Origin: Okamejei kenojei
Taxonomy: Eukaryota
Reading direction: 5' to 3'
Assembly: GCA_035221665.1 (NCBI GenBank)
Contig: CM069161.1
Coordinates: 15,314,001 to 15,378,000 of the forward strand
DNA: 64,000 bases
The position numbers and the translations under genes are program-made. The notes beneath the pieces are model-generated. The model saw only the letters and a program-made list of their open reading frames with translations, did not search any database and was not told the origin of the DNA. This document shows positions 49,403 through 61,234 of this stretch, piece by piece (the stretch's first letter is position 1; each line of letters starts with the position of its first letter).

Positions 49403-49699
49403 TTAGATTCTTCCGGCTTCTTTCCTGACATGTTCCCCTGTTGTTAAACAGGCTGATGGTTTTTGTTGTTGGGAATAGGCCAGAAAATAGCAACAGCCAA
49501 GTTTGTTGCAACAACTCAGGATAATTCCTTCATCTTAATTCTCCGTCTCTTGCATGCATGAGGGCAAACCCAAGTGAAACCACTTGCAAGAAACAAGATT
49601 ATCAAACGCCTAATGTTCTGTAGCGGCATTATGTCTGCAACTTTGCCCTTTTGAGAGTTTAATACCCTATGTTAGTGAAAACTAAATCCTGCAATTAGT

Positions 49700-49985
49700 C
49701 TCTCGAATAAAGGGGAAGCCATTTAAGACTGAGGTGAGAAAAAACTTTTTCACCCAGAGAGTTGTGAATTTGTGGAATTCCCTGCCACAGAGGGCAGTAG
49801 AGGCCAAGTCACTGGATGGATTTAAGAGAGGGTTAGATAGAGCTCCAGGGGCTAGTGGAATCAAGGGATATGGGGAGAAGGCAGGCATGGGCTATTGATT
49901 GGGGACAATCAGCCATGATCACAATGAATGGCGGTGCTGGCTCGAAGGGCCGAATGGCCTTGTCCTGCACCCATTTTCTATGTTT
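49700..49985 (+). mobile_element. CR1-type LINE 3' end
   Basis: ttcacccagagagttgtgaatttgtggaattccctgcc; reverse complement of the 45600 copy. Confidence 0.85.
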
Positions 49986-50189
49986 CTATATATGTTTCTA
50001 TGAAACCCGAGTCTATGAGCTTCCATCCCAGACTCTGACATGTTCAATAATAGATAAGGGAATGTGAGCAGTGTTTTAAAGAAGATCGTCAGACCAAATT
50101 CCCATGCAGTATTCCAAAACTTGATTTTGCTGTCATTAATTGTTTCTCTCAAACCTGACATGTTGCTCACTACAACACTACAGCCAGGT

Positions 50190-50670
50190 CCATTGTTTCC
50201 ATTATCTCCTCTACAGTTCGATGACAGGTGGTTTTGGGTTTCCCTCTTTTCCTTTTCTTTTCCGGTGTCCAGTGCAGGGCTATTCTTGGGATGCTGTCTC
50301 GTTCTCTTCTCAGTACATGGCCAATCCAGTTGCAGCGCCTTCCCATGCCTGCCAGTGTCTTTCTTTCGGCTTTCACCATTGACATTCATCCTAGCATCTG
50401 TCGATAGCCCTGGACGTCCATCACGCCCATTTGTGTTGATTCCTTCAGTTGCTGTTTCTGTAATATATTTGTTTTACGAGACAGGGTTGTCAGCCCCGTG
50501 CTCAACCCCCAACCTGGAGGACCAGTGGATCGCCCTTCGTCTCGCCTTTACCCTTTGACCTGTCCAGCATGGGAGACCCTAACAGGAGATGAATCTCCCG
50601 CTGGCATAGCTCTAGAGGTAACCGAGACGCACAAGCTCCCCGACCACGACAAGGTTGCAATCCAACGGGG
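50190..50670 (-). mobile_element. Internally deleted (bipartite) RTE-clade element
   Basis: BovB-like 5' UTR (ccttgtcgtgg...gagctatgcc...ggacaggtca) joined to WIGHVLRR...IPRIALHWTPEKKRKRGKPKTT. Confidence 0.7.
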
Positions 50671-50974
50671 AGATCTCTATCCACAGATGAAGCAAAACCT
50701 GCAGATTATTTGCAGCACTATTGCTTTTTATTTTAGATTTCCAGCATTCGCATTTTTTTTTTTCATTTTCAAGACAACATCCTGGAGTGTTTGAACATGT
50801 CTGAACAACGTGTCCTGACAATTCTTGTGCAGGGAAATAATTACTTGTTCACAGGTCAGAGAATAATTTTGAACAGCACCAAGTAAACTTTTCTATATCT
50901 GAGATGCTTTCTTGAAAACCACAGCAGTTCTGCAGCCTCCTCAAAGGTGGTAAGTCTCTGGAAGTCTCACAGCA

Positions 50975-51255
50975 ATGTGGTGCAGTGACAGGAACTGTTC
51001 TCTCACAGCTCCAGTGAACAAGTTCAATCCTGACTCCAGTGCAAGTTACACATAGACAGCATTTTCTCCCTGTGACCACATGGTGCTCCCACGTCACAAA
51101 GATGTATTTGTTGGTAGGTTAATTGGCCATTGTAAATTACCCCCTGTGCGTAGGTGAGTGGGAGAATTCAGGAAGAGTTGATGGGACTGTGGGAAGAATA
51201 AAATCGGATTAGTGCAAATAGGTTATTGTGGACTTGGTTGGTCAAAGGACTTGTT
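50975..51255 (+). mobile_element. Degenerate HE1/V-SINE-like copy
   Basis: tggtgcagtg head, gttcaatcc B box, ggtaggttaattggcc core. Confidence 0.7.
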
Positions 51256-53904
51256 GTGCTCATTGACTGACCTCATTAGGGAGTGCAGCGGCAGTTTTTC
51301 ATATCTTTCAGGTAATTAGCACCCTAGCCACTATTTGGATGAGAATGGTTGAAGGGGGTGTCTTCTAAACATATACGAACTCACTCACAGAGACCTTCAG
51401 AGCTTCTTCTCAAATATGGCTTCAAAACACTTTGATGAATAAATGCTTTATTGTTGATAGAAAACAGTGAAATACATCCAAACTTCTTCCGACGTTACTG
51501 CAATCTTCATCGAACTCCAGCTTATTACTTTAAACATTAGAAAACTCCTCGTGTCTCTGTAACGCTGGCGAGATCTGGCATGTGGCCTGCATGATCCCGC
51601 ATGGTAGAGTGGTTAGCTGGAGTTCAGAAGAATGAAAAGTAATCTCACCAAAACAATAAATATTCTCTCAGGAGGATACAGTGAGAATTCTCCATTTATG
51701 GGAACATGAAGGAGCCGGGGCCATAGTTCAAGTTAAAGAGAGACCCACTCACTACTGAGGAGAGGGCTGTACGTTTGTTATTCTCTGTCCCAGTGAGCGA
51801 TGGACACTGACCCATTGAGAATGAAAAATCATAAAGGACTGCAGATGTTGGAAATATAAAAAAAAGAGAAAACATTTTAAATAGTCAATAGTTCAGGTCG
51901 CAGCTGTGAGGAGAAGAACGGCGGCAACGTTTCAGGTTGAAGATCTTCTTCAGAACCTGTTGCCACAGTTGCGGCCTGACCCGGAGAATATTGTAGCTTT
52001 TTCCTTTCTCCGTTAAGATTGAAATTGATCATTTTGGAACTACGAGAAAAGTAAAAGTTGTGGAGTCAAGCAGGAAAGCGTTGAGGCCATTGACCAGAGA
52101 GCAGCCATGATGTTACGTGACAGGGTGTCAACTGGCTCATAGATGCTTGTTATCTTTGTTGCTTCCCTTTCACTGACTACTATCCTGGTCAGTACTATCC
52201 TGAACTACTCTCTACCTCACTGGTGACCCTTGGACTAGCTGGCTTTACCTTACACTGAACGTTATTCCCTTTTCATGTATCTATGTCTCAATTGTAATCA
52301 TTTATTGTCATTCTGCTGATTGGTTAGCATGCAACAAAAGCTTTTCACTGTACCTCGGTACATGTGACAATAAACTAAACTGAACTGACAGCCTTCAAGC
52401 TCATTACCACTGAACCTGGAATCTTCCCATCACTGTTCATTGCTAAGCTCACCTCATTTTAGCCATTGTAGTTTCCTTCAGTATAGGGTTTACATCACCA
52501 CTTCAGTATGCTGCCAGGATCACAAAAGGATTGAAATGTCACACTTCTGCATTTAAGGTCTAATTAGGGTGTAGTTGTTAGTTAATTAGTGTTAGAACAA
52601 GAATTTGTTAAATTTTCTTGAAATTGTGTTTCCTGACATCGTCTTGTAAACACATTTTTTTTTTTAAATTTACGTGGTTAATGGATATCTAATGTCAGAC
52701 TTTAAGTTCACTGCTCAATGAGTTATTATATGAGAATAATTGTTGTCCTAATAAACAGCGCTCTGACCCAGATAAAGACAGCACACTGTCCACCCACACA
52801 CCTGCTAGTCTGTTTATGATCCACACAATCTGTTCACTGAATTTCTGAGATGTTTATAGCGTCTTCAATGCAATTGTAAGGGATTTGAAAAGTAGCTGAA
52901 GCTATCTTGAAAACATTGCAGCAGGTTTTTGTTTTGCCAGTACTGCATGGCTCATTGCAGAGTAGTGAAATGATCTCACATGGTAGTAAGATTCTTGCCT
53001 CCCAACCAATAAAGCCAATAGCCAGTGTGAAGTTACATAAGGGTACAGAAATTATACATCAGGGTTGTTTGTTATGCATGGTGACAATATTTATTACACC
53101 TGCCTAATCTCATGGTCCTTTATGGGTGAAGCTGGGGGGAAAGAAGGAAAATGGGAATGAATACCTCAGGATTTTCCCAAGCACCACCTTGAGGACCAGA
53201 GAGCATCCAAACCTTCTACTTCTTAGGCAGCTCCTCGGAATCTAGATCGACTGCTTCCCTTCTGGTTTTAAGGGTTCAGAGATGACCTAAGAGGCTGATG
53301 TGAGCACCACAGACTCTTCCACCAAAAAGGGCAGAAGGTGATTAACAGGGTGGATGGGTGGGTGGTTGGTTTGTGAGGAACAGCACTCCTTCCACTGTTT
53401 ATACAGGACTACTGTATGCTCCTGTTGAATGGATTTGAGGTTCTCAATACCATCCCGAATGTTCCATCTGCTCCTTGAGTCATCGTGGCAACAAAGATGC
53501 CCAGAGGTCAAAGAGGAAAATGACCGTGACCAATCACCGCTCATGGTTTTATAAACCTGTTTACGGTAATGCCTCAGCCTCCTTCGTTCAACGGAAAGAA
53601 ATCCCAGCCTACTCAGCCACTCCTTGTAACTCAAGCTCTCCAATCCTAGCACCAGCCTTGTGAATATTTTCCTGCATCCTCTTTAGCTTAATCACATCCT
53701 ATAATATGGTGACAAAACAGCCCATCCTTCTCCAGTGTCTTGTATTTCTGTAAATTGACAAGACGACTTATGTTCTCAGTGCCCTAACCAATTAAGGCAA
53801 GTAAGCTACACACATTCTTCACCATCCAGTATAACTGTATCATCACTCTCAGGGAGCGATATACCAATAGCCCTAAGTCTCCGTGTTCTAAGACACTTCC
53901 CTAA

Positions 53905-54236
53905 AGGCCCTGTCCCACTTTCCCGAGTTACTCACAAACTCTCCCGAGTTTTCCCCTTGATTCGAACTCGGGGAATGTTGGGTAATGTCGGTAGCGAGTT
54001 CGTAGGAGCCCGTAAGAGTCCTTAGATGTTTCGTAGCGGCTCGTAATGCCCGCCGTAGGAACGCAGGGCATCAGGTAAGTTGGGACATTTTTTCAACATG
54101 TTGAAAAATGTCCACGAGTAAAAAAAATAGCCCCGGGTATCTACGAACGGCTATTACCGTAATTCTCCGTGTTCGAATCAAAGGGAAAACTCAGGAGAGT
54201 TCGTAAGTAACTCGGGAAAGTGGGACCCCAGGGCCT
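53905..54236. mobile_element. PIF/Harbinger-like MITE with TAA TSD
   Basis: TAA|aggccctgtcccactt ... gggcct|TAA; ~70-bp imperfect TIRs. Confidence 0.85.
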
Positions 54237-55484
54237 TAATGCTCTCTTTGTTATGAATGTTCCATCCTATCGTTTTCTCAATAGCTGTTTGATTGCCCAC
54301 TGCCATTCATCATCATGTGGCAGCAGAGCTGGAATCCAATCCATTGATGTTGGGAAGTCCTAGCTCTGCTGTTGCATGCTGTTCCCTTGCAGCTTCTCAT
54401 ACACGCGTGTTGCAACATCACTAGGTTCAGTTTCAGGTACGTCTAAAAGCTCTTTGGAACTTCTTTTTGAAACATGGTTGTTTCCCTAGCTTGATGGTAA
54501 TGGCAGAGCGAGGGTTAGGGTTACATTTTGTGGGGAAGGGAGTCTAATACTGGAGGGCATAGGTTTACGGTGAGGGGGAGGGGTGTGTGGAGATTTGAAG
54601 CCGACCTGTGGGTTTTTAGACAGAAGATGGTGGGTGTCTTGAATGAGCAGCTGGAGGAAGTGGTAGAGGTGGGTACTGTTACAACACTTAATAGACATTT
54701 GGATACGTTTGGAGGGATATGAGCCAAATGCAACAAATAGGCACCTTGATTCAGCCTATCTCCTTCGCTCCTTAGATGCTGCTGCACCCGCTGAGTTTCT
54801 CCAGCCTTTTGCGTACCCTTGATTAGCATGGATGTTTTGAGCTGAAGGGCCTATTTCCGTGCTGTGTGAATCTTTAATTCTATAATAGTATTCAGCCACG
54901 TGTCCCACATGATCTTCTGCAACAATCTTCTGATATCCCAAGCATCACAGAAGGCAGCCAATTTAATGTATGGCTCGGACCACTGAATAATCCAACTGAT
55001 TTGAAGACCTGAGCTCCAGAACTAGGACATCCAGCCCAACTCTTTCAGTACAATTACAACACTGGCGTCTCGCTGATGGTGCAGAAAATGATGCAAAGCA
55101 GAACAAATATAATCCACTTAATTACTGCCTTTTCTTAGCCAAGTGCAAAAGGTGAGAAAAAAATAACGTGGCAGCCGATATGGTGATGTTTTCCCCAAAG
55201 GCATGTTTAAGATTAAACTTTTTCAAGAAAATGAATGCGGAATGCATCAGTCATTTAGCCCTCATTGAGATGCTATGGTGATTCGAAGACTGCAGCTTTG
55301 GAAACACTAAGTTCACCTGTCAGATAAGAGTAAAGGCCATTAAGTCAATTAAGCCCATCCTTCATATCCTTTTGTTAACACTGCAGTGCAGAAAGTCATT
55401 CCATAGACTATCAAAGTTGTTAAAACAAAATCCAACCTAGAGGGATAGAATTGAAAACAAGGGATATTATGCTGAACTTTGTAG

Positions 55485-55770
55485 AAGAGCATCTCATATT
55501 TTGCTTGGGCAGCTTACAACCCAGCGGTATGAATATTGATTTCTCTAACTTCATGTAACCCTTGCTTTCCCTCTCTCTCCATTCCGCCCACATCCTCGTT
55601 CTCCGACTAGTTTTATTGTCCTGATTAAATTTGACCGAGTCTGTGCCTCGTTGTCAGCTTCCCCTCAGCTAACAACGAACCATTCTCCAGCGTCTGCAGT
55701 GTCATACCTTCGATTTTTCCAGCATCTGCAGTTCTTTCTTAAACATTCTACATTTCCTTATCATCGTCTG
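55485..55770 (+). mobile_element. Penelope-like element GIY-YIG tail fragment
   Basis: EHLIFCLGSLQPSGMNIDFSNFM* followed by UTR. Confidence 0.75.
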
Positions 55771-55842
55771 CTTTGATCCACCACCTAAAAGTATTCCAGG
55801 ACTTTTCCTAAAGGTAAGTCAAAGAAATATCTGGACAGCTTG

Positions 55843-56049
55843 TGTAGGAAGGAATTGCAGATGCTGGTTTAAACCGAAGATAGACACAAAAAAGCTGGAG
55901 TAACTCAGCGGGACAGGAAGCATCTCTGGAGAGTAGGAATGGGTGACGTTTTGGGTCAAGACTCTTCTTTGACCTGAAACGTCACCCATTCCATCCCTCC
56001 AGAGATGCTTCCTGTCCCGCTGAGTTACTCCAGCTTTTTGTGTCTATCT
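55843..56049. mobile_element. Palindromic Penelope-derived insert with ~15-bp TSD
   Basis: ~80-bp inverted arms; tatctggacagcttg / tatctggacaacttg flanks. Confidence 0.85.
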
Positions 56050-56344
56050 GGACAACTTGGTTCTTCTTACATTCTAATAGTATTTTCATTGCACCTTAAT
56101 TAATTTGGCTCAATTCCCCAATGCAGCAGGGATCTTGTTCGTGTAAAGCTTCCTTTTTCCTAAACCCATGAATTCTATGTAACTAAGGGAAGTTATCTTT
56201 TAAAATTCATCTCTGCATTGAACATTTAAAGTTATTATTTGGTGAAAAATATGAATGCTTAGACATTGGTGTTGGTTTATTATTGTCACGTGTAGCAAAG
56301 ATCATCGTAAAAATGCACATAAATCAAGATATTACTAGGAACAA

Positions 56345-57030
56345 ATAGACAATAGACAATAGGATCATGAGTAGGCCATTCAGCCCCTCGGGCCAGCACT
56401 GTCATTCACTGTGATCATGGCTGATCACCCACGTTCAATACCCTGTTCCTGCCTTTTCCCCATAGCCCTTGACTCCGCTATCTTTAAGAGCTCTATCCAA
56501 CTCTCTCTTGAAAGCATACATAGAATTGGCCTCCACTACCTTCTGAGACAGAGAATTCCACAGATTCGCAACCCTCTGTGTGAAAAAAGGTTTTCCTCAT
56601 CTCTGTTCTAAAATGGCTTACCCCTTATTCTTAAACTGTGGCCCCTGGTTCTGGACTCCCCCAACATTGGGAACACATTTCCTGCATCTAGCGTGTCCAA
56701 ACCCTTAATAATCTTATATGTTTCAATAAGATCCCTCTCATCCTTCCAAATTCCAGCCAAACTATACAAGTCCAACCACTCCATTCTATCAATATATGGC
56801 AGTCCCGCCATCCCGGGAATTAACCACGTGAACCTACGCTGCACTCCCTCAATAGCAAGAATGTCCTTCCTCAAATTTGGAGACCAAAACTGCATTCAAT
56901 ACTCCAGGTGTGGTCTCACTAGGGCCCTGTACAACTGCAGAGGACCTCTTTGCTCCTATACTCAACATCCTTTGGCTTTCTTCACTGCCTGCTGTACTTA
57001 CATGCCTACTTTCAGTGACTGATGTACAAG
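56345..57030 (-). mobile_element. CR1-type LINE 3' fragment
   Basis: QFWSPNLRKDILAIEGVQRRFT.LIPGM...[17 protein letters not shown]. Confidence 0.9.
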
Positions 57031-58029
57031 GATCTCGTTATACCTCTTCTTTGTTGGGAAAAGGGGAAGTACATGGAATGGGAACATCTGTAATCCCTCA
57101 CGTCACACGCTCAGAAATGGATTAGAAACGGCATCATTCATGTTCTGATTTTAATAAATCAGAATTGTTCGCCTCAAAGTAATTTCTATTTCAAAATGTA
57201 TTCTAATTTTTGTATTTGTTGTAATTCACTCTTCAGAAACAACCTTGTCTCTCTTCTCCACTACCTTCTACAACTTTTACACCATTCAGTTGTGAAAGCG
57301 TTAAATATATCTATACGAAAAGCCCCATATTACTCTGACAAAAGATTCGATCTGAAACACACCTAAAAATCATGTTTCAACTCTCAACTCCAGCAGAATA
57401 AAGTGCTTTTAGTTATTCTAATTGCAGTAAAGCCCACACAGAGGAGGTCCAAGTCTGTGCTGGGCCTTTGACCCACGGATCGTTTTTCTCACTGTGTGGA
57501 GCTGACTGAAAACATCTCTGTAACCAGCCAGCTCAACACCAACAAGAGCAACAATGAAAACCCAGCGCTAATTATGAGCCAGAAGCTTTGATAGTGCTGG
57601 AAAACAGGTCTATGGAGGGAAAGATAATTGCTGCAGTTCAGTTTGAAATTAGTCTGCTGTGATAATACTATCCTTAAAAGGGGTTGTTAGAGTGTCACTG
57701 TGATATAACGTGCAGAATTATTTTTTTATTCGTTGCATGCCCATGATAGCCTTTCACTTGATAGACTACATGGAGGCAGCTTGAAAGCGACAAATCATCT
57801 TTTGATGCCACATCGCATCTTTTAAATATAAAAGCAACTCAGGATTTTTATGGACCATGTTCATTAAAGCAAATGCCAGAATTGTACACTGATTTCAGTG
57901 AGCATACGTCGTGAATGCTGCAAGTTCATTAAAACTGGAATACTGGGACTCAAAGCATGTAACAACATTATAATGTGGGTTTAATTTCTGACTAGGGTTC
58001 CATTACATGTCCTGTGTTAATCAGCAGAC

Positions 58030-58795
58030 AGCTTCAAGTACTTCACGGGCCGACCACATTGATGCCACAGCCAAGAAGGCTCACCAACACTGGGGAGACT
58101 AAGGAAATTCAGCACGTCTCCAATGACTCTTACAAACTTCTTCAGGTGCACCAGAGAAAGCATGCCGTCGGGTTGCACTAGAACTTGGCTTGGGAACAGC
58201 TCTGCCTAAGATCGCAATAAATTGCAGAGAGTTGTGGATGTAGCGACACATCCGGATATCTCTATTCCATCACACAGAACAGACTTCCCAGTCTGAAGAA
58301 GGGTCTCGACCCGAAGCGTCACCTATTCCTTCGCTCCATAGATGCTGCCTCACCCGCTGAGTTTCTCCGGCATTTTTGTCTACCTCCCACCATTGAATGC
58401 ATCTACACCATGTTGCCTCAGAAGAGCAGCCAACATAATCGAAGGCTTATGGTAGAAGGTACAGAAGCTTGAAAGTGTGCATCACCTGACTCAGGAACAG
58501 TTTCTTCCCATCTGTTATCAGGCTTCTGAGCAATCATTCCATAAACTAAGATACTGTTCCATTCGTCACTAGTCCATGGCGGACGTTGGACTTTTAGCAC
58601 ATTGTAACGTATCAGTTCCATAGACAATGCTAAGAACTATATTCTGCACTCTGTATCTTCCGCTTTGGTCTATCTATTGTACTTGAGTTTGAACTAATTG
58701 TATGTATATATGGTACATTCCACCTGTTTAGATAGCATGGCTAACATGTTTTTTCACTGTTCTTCAATACATGTGACAATAATAAACCTAAAACT
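58030..58795 (+). mobile_element. Rex1/Babar-type LINE fragment with nested Penelope end (58288-58385)
   Basis: HIDATAKKAHQ and LTNFFRCTRES-like coding remnants; catgtgacaataa tail. Confidence 0.7.
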
Positions 58796-58811
58796 CAAGG
58801 TCAGTTTATCA

Positions 58812-59491
58812 TGGGCCTGTCCCACTTAGGCGATTTTTCAGGCGACTGCCGGTGACTGTCAAGGTTCCGACAGTCGCCCGAAAAACCGGCAACTGTCAGA
58901 GTGGAACACGCACACGTTGCTTCCTTCACCAGCCCATTATGCAGGTGGGCGACAGGGAAAGCTGGGGCAGCGCTGTCTGAGTGAAATTCACACGGTGCAG
59001 AGCCAATTTGATACAGACACACACCGCGATGAACAGGAAGGTTGGCGCTGTAATTAAGACGGCTAAAGCACAGTGTAAGGCAAGTCCTTTAAAAGGGGGG
59101 GGGGGGAGGGAAGAAGGGGGAGAAGGGGGAAGAAGGAGTGGAGACAACTTTTAAGAAGCCAGAGATACACGGCTGTGAAACTCGGCGGACATTTAACATT
59201 ACTGGTCAGTTATCCCTGGTTCTGAAAACTATTGCTTACATTTTGTTTTCCCCAATGAGCCAATGAAATTCACCGGTCAGCACCGGCTACAACCTACGAG
59301 AACCTTCGACCTCCTGGCAACCCACTAAGACCTCCTGGTGACCCACCTATGGCACGAGAATTCTCGCTACTCTCCATGGCGGCTTCATTCTAGTTGCTGC
59401 TAATTTTTCAGCATGTTGAAAACTTTGCGGCGACCATGATAGCAAAGTCTCCTGCAGTTGCCTAAAAAGTCACCTAAGTGGGACAGGCCCT
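58812..59491. mobile_element. PIF/Harbinger-like non-autonomous DNA transposon
   Basis: TIR gggcctgtcccacttagg / cctaagtgggacaggccc. Confidence 0.8.
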
Positions 59492-60046
59492 GACTATCTT
59501 GCTCGAATTTCTTCCAGCATTCGTGACATGTGCTTACTGAAATCAGTACACAATTAAGATTCATTTGTTAACACACAGCACATCTTGCCAGTTAACATTT
59601 AAGAGCCATAGCCATGCCCACTACCACCGCAACAGAGCAGACTGCTGTTTTCTTAAACGTTTAAAAACCATCACAGCACTCTGGCATTCAAACTACAAAC
59701 ATTTACTTCCTACCTGTTAAAATTTCATTATTTAAAAGAAATTCTCATGTGACACAAAGTGTTCTAACATTACCTAATGCTCAGAAAGCTAAATATAACC
59801 GAGCACTACCAATTCTGCTTGGAGATAAGTGGCAGCAGGGTTGGGAAGCTAATCATTATTGCTTTAAGTGTGATTTCAATTACACACCAAAATGGAAGGG
59901 CTGTCTCCCCTCCACCATTAATTGAGCTGAGCCCCTCTCTATGTCGCCTGCTTGAATTGATTGAAATTGCAAGCTTTCAATTTCTCAATAATATGTTTAG
60001 ATTTATTCAGGTTTCCAGTACTTGCAGATGAGACCCATTTAAGCTG

Positions 60047-60278
60047 NNNNNNNNNNNNNNNNNNNNNNNNNNNNNNNNNNNNNNNNNNNNNNNNNNNNNN
60101 NNNNNNNNNNNNNNNNNNNNNNNNNNNNNNNNNNNNNNNNNNNNNNNNNNNNNNNNNNNNNNNNNNNNNNNNNNNNNNNNNNNNNNNNNNNNNNNNNNNN
60201 NNNNNNNNNNNNNNNNNNNNNNNNNNNNNNNNNNNNNNNNNNNNNNNNNNNNNNNNNNNNNNNNNNNNNNNNNNNNNN
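60047..60278. other. Assembly gap (N run)
   Basis: 232 N. Confidence 1.
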
Positions 60279-60302
60279 AGGGAGAGGGAGAGAGAGGAAT
60301 AG

Positions 60303-60337
<35 letters not shown>

Positions 60338-60480
60338 GAGAGCGAGAGGGACAGAGGGAGAGAGAGAGGAATAGGTAGAGGGAGAGTGAGAGAGAAAAAA
60401 GGAGAGAGGGAGAGGGGGAGACAGACAGATAGAGAGAAAGAGAAAAATAGAGAGTGTGAGAGAGTGGGATAGATAGAGGG
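60279..60480. repeat. (GA)n-rich microsatellite
   Basis: Direct inspection. Confidence 0.95.
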
Positions 60481-61234
60481 GGTGTGTGTTTCAAGGATGC
60501 TAAATGTAATCAGGTACAGGGGCATCTGGATAACAACTAATTAATCTGTCAGATGAACACACCAGCACCTGTGAGAAACAGAAACCTTATAATAACATGT
60601 TAGTTGGTGTATGCTTGGTATTGTAATTGAGAGCAAGAACAATAACGATTTTTTATTTGGTGTTTCCTGCCATTTATCTTTAGATAAATACGATTAAGCA
60701 GCACAGTGTTGCGATTGGCATGGTTGATTAGAGTCAGCTAATGGAATTTGTCAACCAGCTGCAGTCCTGATGCTGACACTTATGCAATGTGGTTCAGAGG
60801 AACATCAGGAATAGAATCCGCAGGAGGTCATTCAATCTACATGGAACGGTTTAGGTTACTGTTCTAACCTGACAAAGATGTAACAGCAAATGCTGGACTG
60901 AAATTCATTTGTTTTACATAAAATTACCAGTGTATCAATGATTTTTAGGAAATTCTTTTTTTTTTCTTGAACCAAGTTCAAAGCCCTGTTCAAAGCCATA
61001 CTCAGACAAGTCTGTATTTGCTACCATAGTTCCCAGTTCATGTAGCATACATTTGGGGGCAACTCATGTAGTTTCAGGAGCTTGCTCCGTGTTCGTGCTT
61101 TACTCCCTACATCTATTTCTGGGATTAACATCATGACTGACATAGACAGACCCTCTGCTGAACAGAAGAGAGACATAGTGGTTGAAGTAGACTGCATTGG
61201 ATCTCTAGCTTGTTTAGTCATTCAGAAGATCCTT

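Noticed and set aside
48398-49514. Cluster of 60-207 aa ORFs and CpG-island-like composition
   Set aside because: Falls within a GC-rich MITE plus nested repeat; not a promoter or gene.
49919-50558. Overlapping 156/164-aa ORFs as a host gene
   Set aside because: Explained by RTE and CR1 remnants.
58292-58319. Functional hammerhead (also the copy near 8025)
   Set aside because: Core reads GAAG instead of GAAA, so it is probably inactive.
59961-60525. ORFs across the gap and (GA)n tract
   Set aside because: Made of Ns and microsatellite.
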